Shown here: positions 1-15,000 of the stretch, piece by piece
Position numbering within the stretch: the first letter of the stretch is position 1
Layout of the letters: each line of letters begins with the position of its first letter
Source: Squalus acanthias
Taxonomy: Eukaryota
Assembly (NCBI GenBank): GCA_030390025.1
Contig: CM059433.1
Span: 1 to 64,000, forward strand
DNA length: 64,000 bases
Direction: 5' to 3'
Notes under the pieces: generated by a model
Seen by the model: only the letters and a program-made list of their open reading frames with translations
The model's database searches: none
Told to the model about the DNA's origin: nothing
Position numbers and translations under genes: made by a program

Positions 1-3000
1 AGAGAGACCTGGGAGTGTATGAACAGAGAGACCTGGGAGTGTATGAACAGAGAGACCTGGAGTGTAAGAACAGAGAGACCTGGAGTGTATGAATAGAGAG
101 ACCTGGGAGTGCTATGAACAGAGAGACCTAGGGAGTTATGAACAGAGAGACCTGGGAGTGTATGAACAGAGAGACCTGGGAGTGCAGGAACAGAGAGACC
201 TGGGAGTGTTAACAGAGAGACCTGGGGAGTGCAGGAACAGAGAGACCTGGGAGTGCTGGAACAGAGTGACCTGGGAGTGTAGAAATAGAGAGACCTGGGA
301 GTGTATGAATAGAGAGATCCTGGAAGTGTATGAACAGAGAGACCTGGAGTGTATGAACAGAGAGACCTTGGAGTGCAGGAACAGAGAGACCTGGGAGGCA
401 GGAACAGAGAGACCTTGGAGTGTATGAACAGAGAGACCTGGGAGTGGTATTAATCAGAGAGACCTGGAGTGTATGAACAGAGAGACCTGGATGTATGAAC
501 AGAGAGACCTGGGAGTGTATGAAAGAGAGACCTGGAGTGTATGAACAGAGAGACCTGGGAGTGTATGAACAGAGAGACCTGGAGTGTATGAACAGAGAGA
601 CCTGGGAGTGTATGAACAGAGAGACCTGGGAGTGTATGAACAGAGAGACCTGGGAGTGTATGAACAGAGAGACCTGGGAGTGTATGAACAGAGAGACCTG
701 GGAGTGTATGAACAGAGAGACCTGGGAGTGTATGGACAGAGAGACTGGGAGTGTATGAACAGAGAGACCTGGGAGTGTATGAACAGAGAGACCTGGGAGT
801 ATGAACAGAGAGACCTGGGAGTGTATGAACAGAGAGACCTGGGAGTGTATGAACAGAGAGACCTGGGAGTGCATGAACAGAGAGACCTGGAGTGTATGAA
901 CAGAGAGACCTGGGAGTGTATGAACAGAGAGACCTGGGAGTGTATGAACAGAGAGACCTGGGAGTGCAGAACAGAGAGACCTGGGAGTGTATGAACAAGA
1001 GACCTGGGAGTGTATGAAAGAGAGACCTGGGAGTGTATGAACAGAGAGACCTGGGAGTGTATGAACAGAGAGACCTGGGAGTGTATGAACAGAGAGACCT
1101 GGGCGTGTTTGAATAGAGAGACCTGGGAGTGTATGAACAGAGAGACCTGGGAGTGTATGAACAGAGTGACCTGGGAGTGCAGGAACAGAGAGACCTGGGA
1201 GTGTATGAATAGAGAGACCTGGGAGTGTATGAACAGAGAGACCTCGGAGTGTATGAACAGAGAGACCTGGGAGTGTATGAACAGAGAGACCTGGAAGTGC
1301 AGGAACAGGTAGACCTGGTAGTGCAGGAACAGAGAGACCTTGGGAGTGTATGAATAGAGAGACCTGGGAGTGTATGAACAGAGAGACCTGGGAGTGTATG
1401 AACAGAGAGACCTGGGAGTGCAGGAGCAGAGAGAGCCTGGGAGTGTAGAAATAGAGAGACCTGGGAGTGTATGAACAGAGAGACCTGGGAGTGTATGAAC
1501 AGAGAGACCTGGGAGTGCAGGAACAGAGAGACCTGGGAGTGCAGGAACAGAGAGACCTGGGAGTGTATGAACAGAGAGACCTGGGAGTGTATGAACAGAG
1601 AGACCTGGGAGTGTATGAACAGAGAGACCTGGGAGTGTATGAACAGAGAGACCTGGGAGTGTATGAACAGAGAGACCTGGGAGTGTATGAACAGAGAGAC
1701 CTGGGAGTGCAGGAACAGAGAGACCTGGGCGTGTATGAATGGAGAGACCTGGGAGTGTATGAACAGAGAGACCTGGGAGCGCAGGAACAGAGAGACCTGG
1801 GAGCGTATGAATAGAGAGACCTGGGAGTGTATGAACAGAGAGACCTGGGAGTGTATGAACAGAGAGACCTGGGAGTGTATGAACAGAGAGACCTGGGAGT
1901 GTATGAACAGAGAGACCTGGGAGTGTTTGAACAGAGAGACCTGGGAGTGTATGAACAGAGAGACCTGGGCGTGTTTGAATAGAGAGACCTGGGAGTGTAT
2001 GAACAGAGAGACCTGGGAGTGTATGAACAGAGTGACCTGGGAGTGCAGGAAAAGAGAGACCTGGGAGTGTATGAATAGAGAGACCTGGGAGTGTATGAAC
2101 AGAGAGACTGGGAGTGCAGGAGACCTGGGAGGCAGACCGAGAGACCTGGGAGTGTATGAACAGAGAGACCTGGGATTGTAGGAACAGAGAGACCTGGGAG
2201 TGTATGAACAGAGAGACCTGGAAGTGTATGAACAGAGAGACCTGGGAGTGTATGAATAGAGAGACCTGGGAGTGTATGAACAGAGAGACCTGGGAGTGCA
2301 GGTACCGAGAGACCTGGGAGTGTATGAACAGAGAGACCTGGGAGTGTATGAACAGAGAGACCTGGGAGTGTATGAATAGAGAGACCTGGGAGTGTATGAA
2401 CAGAGAGACCTGGGAGTGTATGAACAGAGAGACCTGGGAGTGTATGAACAGAGAGACCTGGGTGTGTATGAACAGAGAGACCTGGGAGTGCAGGAACAGA
2501 GAGACCTGGGAGTGTATGAACAGAGAGACCTGGGAGTGTATGAACAGAGAGACCTGGGAGTGCAGGTACCGAGAGACCTGGGAGTGTATGAACAGAGAGA
2601 CCTGGGAGTGTATGAACAGAGAGACCTGGGAGTGTATGAACAGAGAGACCTGGGAGTGCAGGAACAGAGAGACCTGGGAGTGCAGGAACAGAGAGACCTG
2701 GGTGTGTATGAACAGAGAGACCTGGGAGTGTATGAACAGAGAGACCTGGGAGTGTATGAACAGAGAGACCTGGGAGTGTATGAACAGAGAGACCTGGGAG
2801 TGTATGAACAGAGAGAACTGGGACTGTATGAACAGAGAGACCTGGGAGTGTATGAACAGAGAGACCTGAGAGTGTATGAACAGAGAGACCTGGGAGTGTA
2901 TGAATGGAGAGACCTGGAAGTGCAGGAACAGAGAGACCTGGGAGTGCAGGAACAGAGAGACCTGGGAGTGTATGAATAGAGAGACCTGGAAGTGTATGAA

Positions 3001-6000
3001 CAGAGAGACCTGGGAGTGTATGAACAGAGAGACCAAGGAGTGTATGAATAGAGAGACCTGGAAGTGTATGAACAGAGAGACCTGGGAGTGTATGAACAGA
3101 GAGACCTGGGAGTGCAGGAACAGAGAGACCTGGGAGTGCAGGAACAGAGAGACCTGGGAGTGCAGGAACAGAAAGACCTGGGAGTGTATGAACAGAGAGA
3201 CCTGGGAGTGTATGAACAGAGAGACATGGGAGTGTATGAACAGAGAGACCTGGGAGGGTATTAACAGAGAGACCTGGGAGTGTATGAACAGAGAGACCTG
3301 GGAGTGCATGAACAGAGAGACCTGGGAGTGTATTAACAGAGAGACCTGGGAGTGTATGAACAGAGAGACCTGGGAGTGTATGAACAGAGTGACCTGGGAG
3401 TCTATAAATAGAGAGACCTAGGAGTGTATGAATAGAGAGATCTGGAAGTGTATGAACAGAGAGACCTGGGAGTGCAGGAACAGAGAGACCTGGGAGTGTA
3501 TGAACAGAGAGACCTGGGAGTGCAGGAGCAGAGAGACCTGGGAGTGCAGGGACAGAGAGACCTGGCAGTGTATGAATAGAGAGACCTAGGAGTGTATGAA
3601 TAGAGAGACCTGGAAGTGTATGAACAGAGAGACCTGGGAGTGTATGAACAGAGAGACCTGAGAGTGTATGAACAGAGAGACCTGGGAGTGTATGAACAGA
3701 GAGACCTGGGAGTGTATGAACAGAGAGACCTGGGAGTGTATTAACAGAGAGACCTGGGAGTGTATGAAGAGAGAGACCTGGGAGTGCATGAACAGAGAGA
3801 CCTGGGAGTGTATGAACAGAGAGACCTGGGAGTGTATGAACAGAGAGACCTGGGAGTGTATGAACAGAGAGACCTGGGAGTCTATAAATAGAGAGACCTA
3901 GGAGTGTATGAATAGAGAGATCTGGAAGTGTATGAACAGAGAGACCTGGGAGTGCAGGAACAGAGAGACCTGGGAGTGCAGGAACAGAGAGACCTGGGAG
4001 TGCAGGAACAGAGAGACCTGGGAGTGTATGAACAGAGAGACCTGGGAGTGTATGAACAGAGAGACCTGGGAGTGTATGAACAGAGAGACCTGGGAGTGTA
4101 TGAACAGAGAGACCTGGGAGTGTATGAACAGAGAGACCTGGGAGTGTATGAATAGAGAGACCTGGGAGTGCATGAACAGAGAGACCTGGGAGTGTATGAA
4201 CAGAGAGACCTGGGAGTGTATGAACAGAGAGACCTGGGAGTGTATGAACAGAGAGACCTGGGAGTGTATGAACAGAGAGACCTGGGAGTGTATGAACAGA
4301 GAGACCTGGGAGTGTATGAATAGAGAGACCTGGAAGTGCAGGAACAGAGAGATCTGGGAGTGTATGAATAGAGAGACCTGGGAGTGTATGAACAGAGAGA
4401 CCTGGGAGTGTATGAACAGAGAGACCTGGGAGTGTATGAACAGAGAGACCTGGGAGTGTATGAACAGAGAGACCTGGGAGTGTATGAATAGAGAGACCTG
4501 GGAGTGTATGAACAGAGAGAACTGGAGTGTATGAACAGAGAGACTGGGAGTGTATGAACAGAGAGACCTGGGAGTGTATGAACAGAGAGACCTGGGAGTG
4601 CAGGAACAGAGAGACCTGGGAGTGTCATGAACAGAGAGACCTGGCAGTGTATGAACAGAGAGACCTGGGAGTGTATGAACAGAGAGACCTCGGGAGTGTA
4701 TGAACAGAGAGACCTGGGAGTGTATGAACAGAGAGACCTGGAGTGTCAGGAACAGAGAGACCTGGGAGTGCAGGAACAGAGAGACCTGGGAGTGTATGAA
4801 TAGAGAGACCTGGGAGTGTATGAACAGAGAGACCTGGGAGTGTATGAACAGAGAGACCTGGGAGTGCAGGACAGAGAGACCTGGGAGTGTATGAATAGAG
4901 AGACCTGGGAGTGTATGAACAGAGAGACCTGGGAGTGTATGACAGAGAGACCTGGGAGTGCAGGAACAGAGAGACCTGGGAGTGTATGAACAGAGAGACC
5001 TGGGAGTGTATGAACAGAGAGACCTGGGAGTGTATGAACAGAGAGACCTGGGAGTGTATGAACAGAGAGACTGGGAGTGTATGAACAGAGAGACCTGGGA
5101 GTGTATGAACAGAGAGACCTGGGAGTGTTTGAACAGAGAGACCTGGGAGTGTATGAACAGAGAGACCTGGGAGTGTATGAACAGAGAGACCTGGGAGTGT
5201 ATGAACAGAGAGACCTGGAGTGTATGAATAGAGAGACCTGGGAGTGCAGGAACAGAGAGACCTGGGAGTGCAGGAACAGAGAGACCTGGGAGTGTATGAA
5301 CAGAGAGACCTGGGAGTGTATGAACAGAGAGACCTGGGAGTGTATGAACAGAGAGACCTGGGAGTGTATGAACAGAGAGACCTGGGAGTGTATGAACAGA
5401 GAGACCTGGGAGTGTATGAACAGAGAGACCTGGGAGTGCAGGAACAGAGAGACCTGGGAGTGTATGAACAGAGAGACCTGGGAGTGTATGAACAGAGAGA
5501 CCTGGGAGTGTATGAACAGAGAGACCTGGGAGTGTATGAACAGAGAGACCTGGGAGTGTATGAACAGAGAGACCTGGAGTGTATGAACAGAGAGACCTGG
5601 GAGTGTATGAACAGAGAGACCTGGGAGTGTATGAACAGAGAGACCTGGGAGTGTATGAACAGAGAGACCTGGGAGTGTATGAACAGAGAGACCTGGGAGT
5701 GTATGAACAGAGAGACCTGGGAGTGTATGAACAGAGAGACCTGGGAGTGTATGAACAGAGAGACCTGGGAGTGTATGAACAGAGAGACCTGGGAGTGTAT
5801 GAACAGAGAGACCTGGGAGTGTATGAACAGAGAGACCTGGGAGTGTATGAACAGAGAGACCTGGGAGTGTATGAACAGAGAGACCTGGGAGTGTAGGAAC
5901 AGAGAGACCTGGGAGTGTAGGAACAGAGAGACCTGGGAGTGTATGAACAGAGAGACCTGGGAGTGTATGAACAGAGAGACCTGGGAGTGTATGAACAGAG

Positions 6001-9000
6001 AGACCTGGGAGTGCATGAACAGAGAGACCTGGGAGTGTATGAACAGAGAGACCTGGGAGTGTATGAACAGAGAGACCTGGGAGTGTATGAACAGAGAGAC
6101 CTGGGAGTGCAGGAACAGAGAGACCTGGGAGTGTATGAACAGAGAGACCTGGGAGTGTATGAACAGAGAGACCTGGGAGTGTATGAACAGAGAGACCTGG
6201 GAGTGTATGAACAGAGAGACCTGGGAGTGTATGAACAGAGAGACCTGGGAGTGTATGAACAGAGAGACCTGGGAGTGTATGAACAGAGAGACCTGGGAGT
6301 GTATGAACAGAGAGACCTGGGAGTGTATGAACAGAGAGACCTGGGAGTGTATGAACAGAGAGACCTGGGAGTGTATGAACAGAGAGACCTGGGAGTGTAT
6401 GAACAGAGAGACCTGGGAGTGTATGAACAGAGAGACCTGGGAGTGCAGGAACAGAGAGACCTGGGAGTGTATGAACAGAGAGACCTGGGAGTGTATGAAC
6501 AGAGAGACCTGGGAGTGTATGAACAGAGAGACCTGGGAGTGCAGGAACAGAGAGACCTGGAGTGTATGAACAGAGAGACCTGGGAGTGTATGAACAGAGA
6601 GACCTGGGAGTGTATGAACAGAGAGACCTGGGAGTGTATGAACAGAGAGACCTGGGAGTGTATGAACAGAGAGACCTGGGAGTGTATGAACAGAGAGACC
6701 TGGGAGTGTATGAACAGAGAGACCTGGGAGTGTATGAACAGAGAGACCTGGGAGTGCATGAACAGAGAGACCTGGGAGTGTATGAACAGAGAGACCTGGG
6801 AGTGTATGAACAGAGAGACCTGGGAGTGTATGAACAGAGAGACCTGGGAGTGTATGAACAGAGAGACCTGGGAGTGTATGAACAGAGAGACCTGGGAGTG
6901 TATGAACAGAGAGACCTGGGAGTGCAGGAACAGAGAGACCTGGGAGTGTATGAACAGAGAGACCTGGGAGTGTATGAACAGAGAGACCTGGGAGTGTATG
7001 AACAGAGAGACCTGGGAGTGTATGAACAGAGAGACCTGGGAGTGTATGAACAGAGAGACCTGGGAGTGTATGAACAGAGAGACCTGGGAGTGTATGAACA
7101 GAGAGACCTGGGAGTGTATGAACAGAGAGACCTGGGAGTGTATGAACAGAGAGACCTGGGAGTGTATGAACAGAGAGACCTGGGAGTGTATGAACAGAGA
7201 GACCTGGGAGTGTATGAACAGAGAGACCTGGGAGTGTATGAACAGAGAGACCTGGGAGTGTATGAACAGAGAGACCTGGGAGTGTATGAACAGAGAGACC
7301 TGGGAGTGTATGAACAGAGAGACCTGGGAGTGTATGAACAGAGAGACCTGGGAGTGTATGAACAGAGAGACCTGGGAGTGTATGAACAGAGAGACCTGGG
7401 AGTGTATGAACAGAGAGACCTGGGAGTGTATGAACAGAGAGACCTGGGAGTGTATGAACAGAGAGACCTGGGAGTGTATGAACAGAGAGACCTGGGAGTG
7501 TATGAACAGAGAGACCTGGGAGTGTATGAACAGAGAGACCTGGGAGTGTATGAACAGAGAGACCTGGGAGTGTATGAACAGAGAGACCTGGGAGTGTATG
7601 AACAGAGAGACCTGGGAGTGTATGAACAGAGAGACCTGGGAGTGTATGAACAGAGAGACCTGGGAGTGTATGAACAGAGAGACCTGGGAGTGTATGAACA
7701 GAGAGACCTGGGAGTGTATGAACAGAGAGACCTGGGAGTGTATGAACAGAGAGACCTGGGAGTGTATGAACAGAGAGACCTGGGAGTGTATGAACAGAGA
7801 GACCTGGGAGTGTATGAACAGAGAGACCTGGGAGTGTATGAACAGAGAGACCTGGGAGTGTATGAACAGAGAGACCTGGGAGTGTATGAACAGAGAGACC
7901 TGGGAGTGTATGAACAGAGAGACCTGGGAGTGTATGAACAGAGAGACCTGGGAGTGTATGAACAGAGAGACCTGGGAGTGTATGAACAGAGAGACCTGGG
8001 AGTGTATGAACAGAGAGACCTGGGAGTGTATGAACAGAGAGACCTGGGAGTGTATGAACAGAGAGACCTGGGAGTGTATGAACAGAGAGACCTGGGAGTG
8101 TATGAACAGAGAGACCTGGGAGTGCAGGAACAGAGAGACCTGGGAGTGTAGGAACAGAGAGACCTGGGAGTGTATGAACAGAGAGACCTGGGAGTGTATG
8201 AACAGAGAGACCTGGGAGTGTATGAACAGAGAGACCTGGGAGTGTATGAACAGAGAGACCTGGGAGTGTATGAACAGAGAGACCTGGGAGTGTATGAACA
8301 GAGAGACCTGGGAGTGTATGAACAGAGAGACCTGGGAGTGTATGAACAGAGAGACCTGGGAGTGTATGAACAGAGAGACCTGGGAGTGTATGAACAGAGA
8401 GACCTGGGAGTGTATGAACAGAGAGACCTGGGAGTGTATGAACAGAGAGACCTGGGAGTGTATGAACAGAGAGACCTGGGAGTGCAGGAACAGAGAGACC
8501 TGGGAGTGTATGAACAGAGAGACCTGGGAGTGTATGAACAGAGAGACCTGGGAGTGTATGAACAGAGAGACCTGGGAGTGTATGAACAGAGAGACCTGGG
8601 AGTGGTATGAACAGAGAGACCTGGGAGTGTATGAACAGAGAGACCTGGGAGTGTATGAACAGAGAGACCTGGGAGTGTATGAACAGAGAGACCTGGGAGT
8701 GTATGAACAGAGAGACCTGGGAGTGTATGAACAGAGAGACCTGGGAGTGTATGAACAGAGAGACCTGGGAGTGTATGAAAGAGAGATCCTGGAGTGTATG
8801 AACAGAGAGACCTGGGAGTGTATGAACAGAGAGACCTGGGAGTGTATGAACAGAGAGACCTGGAGTGCAGGAACAGAGAGACCTGGAGTGTATGAACAGA
8901 GAGAACTGGAAGTGCAGGAACAGAGAGACCTGGAGTGTAGGAACAGAGAGACCTGGGAGTGTATGAACAGAGAGACCTGGGAGTGTATGAACAGAGAGAC

Positions 9001-12000
9001 CTGGGAGTGCAGGAAGAGAGACCTGGCAGTGTATGAACAGAGAGACCTGGGAGTGTATGAACAGAGAGACCTGGGAGTGTATGAACAGAGAGACCTGGGA
9101 GTGTATGAACAGAGAGACCTGGGAGTGCATGAACAGAGAGACCTGGGAGTGTAGGAACAGAGAGACCTGGGAGTGTATGAACAGAGAGACCTGGGAGTGT
9201 ATGAACAGAGAGACCTGGGAGTGTATGAACAGAGAGACCTGGGAGTGTATGAACAGAGAGACCTGGGAGTGTATGAACAGAGAGACCTGGGAGTGTATGA
9301 ACAGAGAGACCTGGGAGTGTATGAACAGAGAGACCTGGGAGTGTATGAACAGAGAGACCTGGGAGTGTATGAATAGAGAGACCTGGGAGTGTATGAACAG
9401 AGAGACCTGGGAGTGTATGAACAGAGAGACCTGGGAGTGTATGAACAGAGAGACCTGGGAGTGTATGAATAGAGAGACCTGGGAGTGTATGAATAGAGAG
9501 ACCTTGGAGTGCAGGAACAGAGAGACCTGGGAGTGTATGAACAGAGAGACCTGGGAGTGTATGAACAGAGAGACCTGGGAGTGTATGAACAGAGAGACCT
9601 GGGAGTGTATGAACAGAGAGACCTGGGAGTGTATGAACAGAGAGACCTGGGAGTGTATGAACAGAGAGACCTGGGAGTGTATGAACAGAGAGACCTGGGA
9701 GTGTATGAACAGAGAGACCTGGGAGTGTATGAACAGAGAGACCTGGGAGTGTATGAACAGAGAGACCTGGGAGTGTATGAACAGAGAGACCTGGGAGTGT
9801 ATGAACAGAGAGACCTGGGAGTGTATGAACAGAGAGACCTGGGAGTGTATGAACAGAGAGACCTGGGAGTGTATGAACAGAGAGACCTGGGAGTGTATGA
9901 ACAGAGAGACCTGGGAGTGCAGGAACAGAGAGACCTGGGAGTGCAGGAACAGAGAGACCTGGGAGTGTATGAATAGAGAGACCTGGGAGTGTATGAACAG
10001 AGAGACCTGGGAGTGTATGAACAGAGAGACCTGGGAGTGTATGAACAGAGAGACCTGGGAGTGTATGAACAGAGAGACCTGGGAGTGTATGAACAGAGAG
10101 ACCTGGGAGTGTATGAACAGAGAGACCTGGGAGTGTATGAACAGAGAGACCTGGGAGTGTATGAACAGAGAGACCTGGGAGTGCAGGAACAGAGAGACCT
10201 GGGAGTGTATGAACAGAGAGACCTGGGAGTGTATGAACAGAGAGACCTGGGAGTGTATGAACAGAGAGACCTGGGAGTGTATGAACAGAGAGACCTGGGA
10301 GTGTATGAACAGAGAGACCTGGGAGTGTATGAACAGAGAGACCTGGGAGTGTATGAACAGAGAGACCTGGGAGTGTATGAACAGAGAGACCTGGGAGTGT
10401 ATGAACAGAGAGACCTGGGAGTGTATGAACAGAGAGACCTGGGAGTGTATGAACAGAGAGACCTGGGAGTGTATGAACAGAGAGACCTGGGAGTGTATGA
10501 ACAGAGAGACCTGGGAGTGTATGAACAGAGAGACCTGGGAGTGTATGAACAGAGAGACCTGGGAGTGTATGAACAGAGAGACCTGGAGTGTATGAACAGA
10601 GAGACCTGGGAGTGTATGAACAGAGAGACCTGGGAGTGTATGAACAGAGAGACCTGGGAGTGTATGAACAGAGAGACCTGGGAGTGTATGAACAGAGAGA
10701 CCTGGGAGTGTATGAACAGAGAGACCTGGGAGTGTATGAACAGAGAGACCTGGGAGTGTATGAACAGAGAGACCTGGGAGTGTATGAACAGAGAGACCTG
10801 GGAGTGTATGAACAGAGAGACCTGGGAGTGTATGAACAGAGAGACCTGGGAGTGTATGAACAGAGAGACCTGGGAGTGCAGGAACAGAGAGACCTGGGAG
10901 TGTATGAACAGAGAGACCTGGAGTGTATGAACAGAGAGACCTGGAGTGTATGAACAGAGAGACCTGGGAGTGTATGAACAGAGAGACCTGGGAGTGTATG
11001 AACAGAGAGACCTGGGAGTGTATGAACAGAGAGACCTGGGAGTGTATGAACAGAGAGACCTGGGAGTGTATGAACAGAGAGACCTGGGAGTGTATGAACA
11101 GAGAGACCTGGGAGTGTATGAACAGAGAGACCTGGGAGTGTATGAACAGAGAGACCTGGGAGTGTATGAACAGAGAGACCTGGGAGTGTATGAACAGAGA
11201 GACCTGGGAGTGTATGAACAGAGAGACCTGGGAGTGTATGAACAGAGAGACCTGGGAGTGTATGAACAGAGAGACCTGGGAGTGTATGAACAGAGAGACC
11301 TGGGAGTGTATGAACAGAGAGACCTGGGAGTGTATGAACAGAGAGACCTGGGAGTGTATGAACAGAGAGACCTGGGAGTGTATGAACAGAGAGACCTGGG
11401 AGTGTATGAACAGAGAGACCTGGGAGTGTATGAACAGAGAGACCTGGGAGTGTATGAACAGAGAGACCTGGGAGTGTATGAACAGAGAGACCTGGGAGTG
11501 TATGAACAGAGAGACCTGGGAGTGTATGAACAGAGAGACCTGGGAGTGTATGAACAGAGAGACCTGGGAGTGTATGAACAGAGAGACCTGGGAGTGTATG
11601 AACAGAGAGACCTGGGAGTGTATGAACAGAGAGACCTGGGAGTGTATGAACAGAGAGACCTGGGAGTGTATGAACAGAGAGACCTGGGAGTGTATGAACA
11701 GAGAGACCTGGGAGTGTATGAACAGAGAGACCTGGGAGTGTATGAACAGAGAGACCTGGGAGTGTATGAACAGAGAGACCTGGGAGTGTATGAACAGAGA
11801 GACCTGGGAGTGTATGAACAGAGAGACCTGGGAGTGTATGAACAGAGAGACCTGGGAGTGTATGAACAGAGAGACCTGGGAGTGTATGAACAGAGAGACC
11901 TGGGAGTGTATGAACAGAGAGACCTGGGAGTGTATGAACAGAGAGACCTGGGAGTGTATGAACAGAGAGACCTGGGAGTGTATGAACAGAGAGACCTGGG

Positions 12001-15000
12001 AGTGTATGAACAGAGAGACCTGGGAGTGTATGAACAGAGAGACCTGGGAGTGTATGAACAGAGAGACCTGGGAGTGTATGAACAGAGAGACCTGGGAGTG
12101 TATGAACAGAGAGACCTGGGAGTGTATGAACAGAGAGACCTGGGAGTGTATGAACAGAGAGACCTGGGAGTGTATGAACAGAGAGACCTGGGAGTGTATG
12201 AACAGAGAGACCTGGGAGTGTATGAACAGAGAGACCTGGGAGTGTATGAACAGAGAGACCTGGAGTGTATGAACAGAGAGACCTGGGAGTGTATGAACAG
12301 AGAGACCTGGGAGTGCAGGAACAGAGAGACCTGGGAGTGTATGAACAGAGAGACCTGGGAGTGTATGAACAGAGAGACCTGGGAGTGTATGAACAGAGAG
12401 ACCTGGGAGTGTATGAACAGAGAGACCTGGGAGTGTATGAACAGAGAGACCTGGGAGTGTATGAACAGAGAGACCTGGGAGTGTATGAACAGAGAGACCT
12501 GGGAGTGTATGAACAGAGAGACCTGGGAGTGTATGAACAGAGAGACCTGGGAGTGTATGAACAGAGAGACCTGGGAGTGTATGAACAGAGAGACCTGGGA
12601 GTGTATGAACAGAGAGACCTGGGAGTGTATGAACAGAGAGACCTGGGAGTGTATGAACAGAGAGACCTGGGAGTGTATGAACAGAGAGACCTGGGAGTGT
12701 ATGAACAGAGAGACCTGGGAGTGTATGAACAGAGAGACCTGGGAGTGTATGAACAGAGAGACCTGGGAGTGTATGAACAGAGAGACCTGGGAGTGTATGA
12801 ACAGAGAGACCTGGGAGTGTATGAACAGAGAGACCTGGGAGTGTATGAACAGAGAGACCTGGGAGTGCAGGAACAGAGAGACCTGGGAGTGTATGAACAG
12901 AGAGACCTGGAGTGTATGAACAGAGAGACCTGGGAGTGTATGAACAGAGAGACCTGGGAGTGTATGAACAGAGAGACCTGGGAGTGTAGAACAGAGAGAC
13001 CTGGGAGTGTATGAACAGAGAGACCTGGGAGTGTATGAACAGAGAGACCTGGGAGTGTATGAACAGAGAGACCTGGGAGTGTATGAACAGAGAGACCTGG
13101 GAGTGTATGAACAGAGAGACCTGGGAGTGTATGAACAGAGAGACCTGGGAGTGTATGAACAGAGAGACCTGGGAGTGTATGAACAGAGAGACCTGGGAGT
13201 GTATGAACAGAGAGACCTGGGAGTGTATGAACAGAGAGACCTGGGAGTGTATGAACAGAGAGACCTGGGAGTGTATGAACAGAGAGACCTGGGAGTGTAT
13301 GAACAGAGAGACCTGGGAGTGTATGAACAGAGAGACCTGGGAGTGTATGAACAGAGAGACCTGGGAGTGTATGAACAGAGAGACCTGGGAGTGTATGAAC
13401 AGAGAGACCTGGGAGTGTATGAACAGAGAGACCTGGGAGTGTATGAACAGAGAGACCTGGGAGTGTAGGAACAGAGAGACCTGGGAGTGTATGAACAGAG
13501 AGACCTGGGAGTGTATGAACAGAGAGACCTGGGAGTGTATGAACAGAGAGACCTGGGAGTGTATGAACAGAGAGACCTGGGAGTGTATGAACAGAGAGAC
13601 CTGGGAGTGTATGAACAGAGAGACCTGGGAGTGTATGAACAGAGAGACCTGGGAGTGTATGAACAGAGAGACCTGGGAGTGTATGAACAGAGAGACCTGG
13701 GAGTGTATGAACAGAGAGACCTGGGAGTGTATGAACAGAGAGACCTGGGAGTGTATGAACAGAGAGACCTGGGAGTGTATGAACAGAGAGACCTGGGAGT
13801 GTATGAACAGAGAGACCTGGGAGTGTATGAACAGAGAGACCTGGGAGTGTATGAACAGAGAGACCTGGGAGTGTATGAACAGAGAGACCTGGGAGTGTAT
13901 GAACAGAGAGACCTGGGAGTGTATGAACAGAGAGACCTGGGAGTGTATGAACAGAGAGACCTGGGAGTGCAGGAACAGAGAGACCTGGGAGTGTATGAAC
14001 AGAGAGACCTGGGAGTGTATGAACAGAGAGACCTGGGAGTGTATGAACAGAGAGACCTGGGAGTGTATGAACAGAGAGACCTGGGAGTGCATGAACAGAG
14101 AGACCTGGGAGTGTATGAACAGAGAGACCTGGGAGTGTATGAACAGAGAGACCTGGGAGTGTATGAACAGAGAGACCTGGGAGTGTATGAACAGAGAGAC
14201 CTGGAGTGTATGAACAGAGAGACCTGGGAGTGTATGAACAGAGAGACCTGGGAGTGTATGAACAGAGAGACCTGGGAGTGTATGAACAGAGAGACCTGGG
14301 AGTGTATGAACAGAGAGACCTGGGAGTGTATGAACAGAGAGACCTGGGAGTGTATGAACAGAGAGACCTGGGAGTGTATGAACAGAGAGACCTGGGAGTG
14401 TATGAACAGAGAGACCTGGGAGTGTATGAACAGAGAGACCTGGGAGTGTATGAACAGAGAGACCTGGAGTGTATGAACAGAGAGACCTGGGAGTGTATGA
14501 ACAGAGAGACCTGGGAGTGTATGAACAGAGAGACCTGGGAGTGTATGAACAGAGAGACCTGGGAGTGCAGGAACAGAGAGACCTGGGAGTGTATGAACAG
14601 AGAGACCTGGGAGTGTATGAACAGAGAGACCTGGGAGTGTATGAACAGAGAGACCTGGGAGTGTATGAACAGAGAGACCTGGGAGTGTATGAACAGAGAG
14701 ACCTGGGAGTGTATGAACAGAGAGACCTGGGAGTGTATGAACAGAGAGACCTGGGAGTGTATGAACAGAGAGACCTGGGAGTGTATGAACAGAGAGACCT
14801 GGGAGTGTATGAACAGAGAGACCTGGGAGTGTATGAACAGAGAGACCTGGGAGTGTATGAACAGAGAGACCTGGGAGTGTATGAACAGAGAGACCTGGGA
14901 GTGTATGAACAGAGAGACCTGGGAGTGTATGAACAGAGAGACCTGGGAGTGTATGAACAGAGAGACCTGGGAGTGTATGAACAGAGAGACCTGGGAGTGT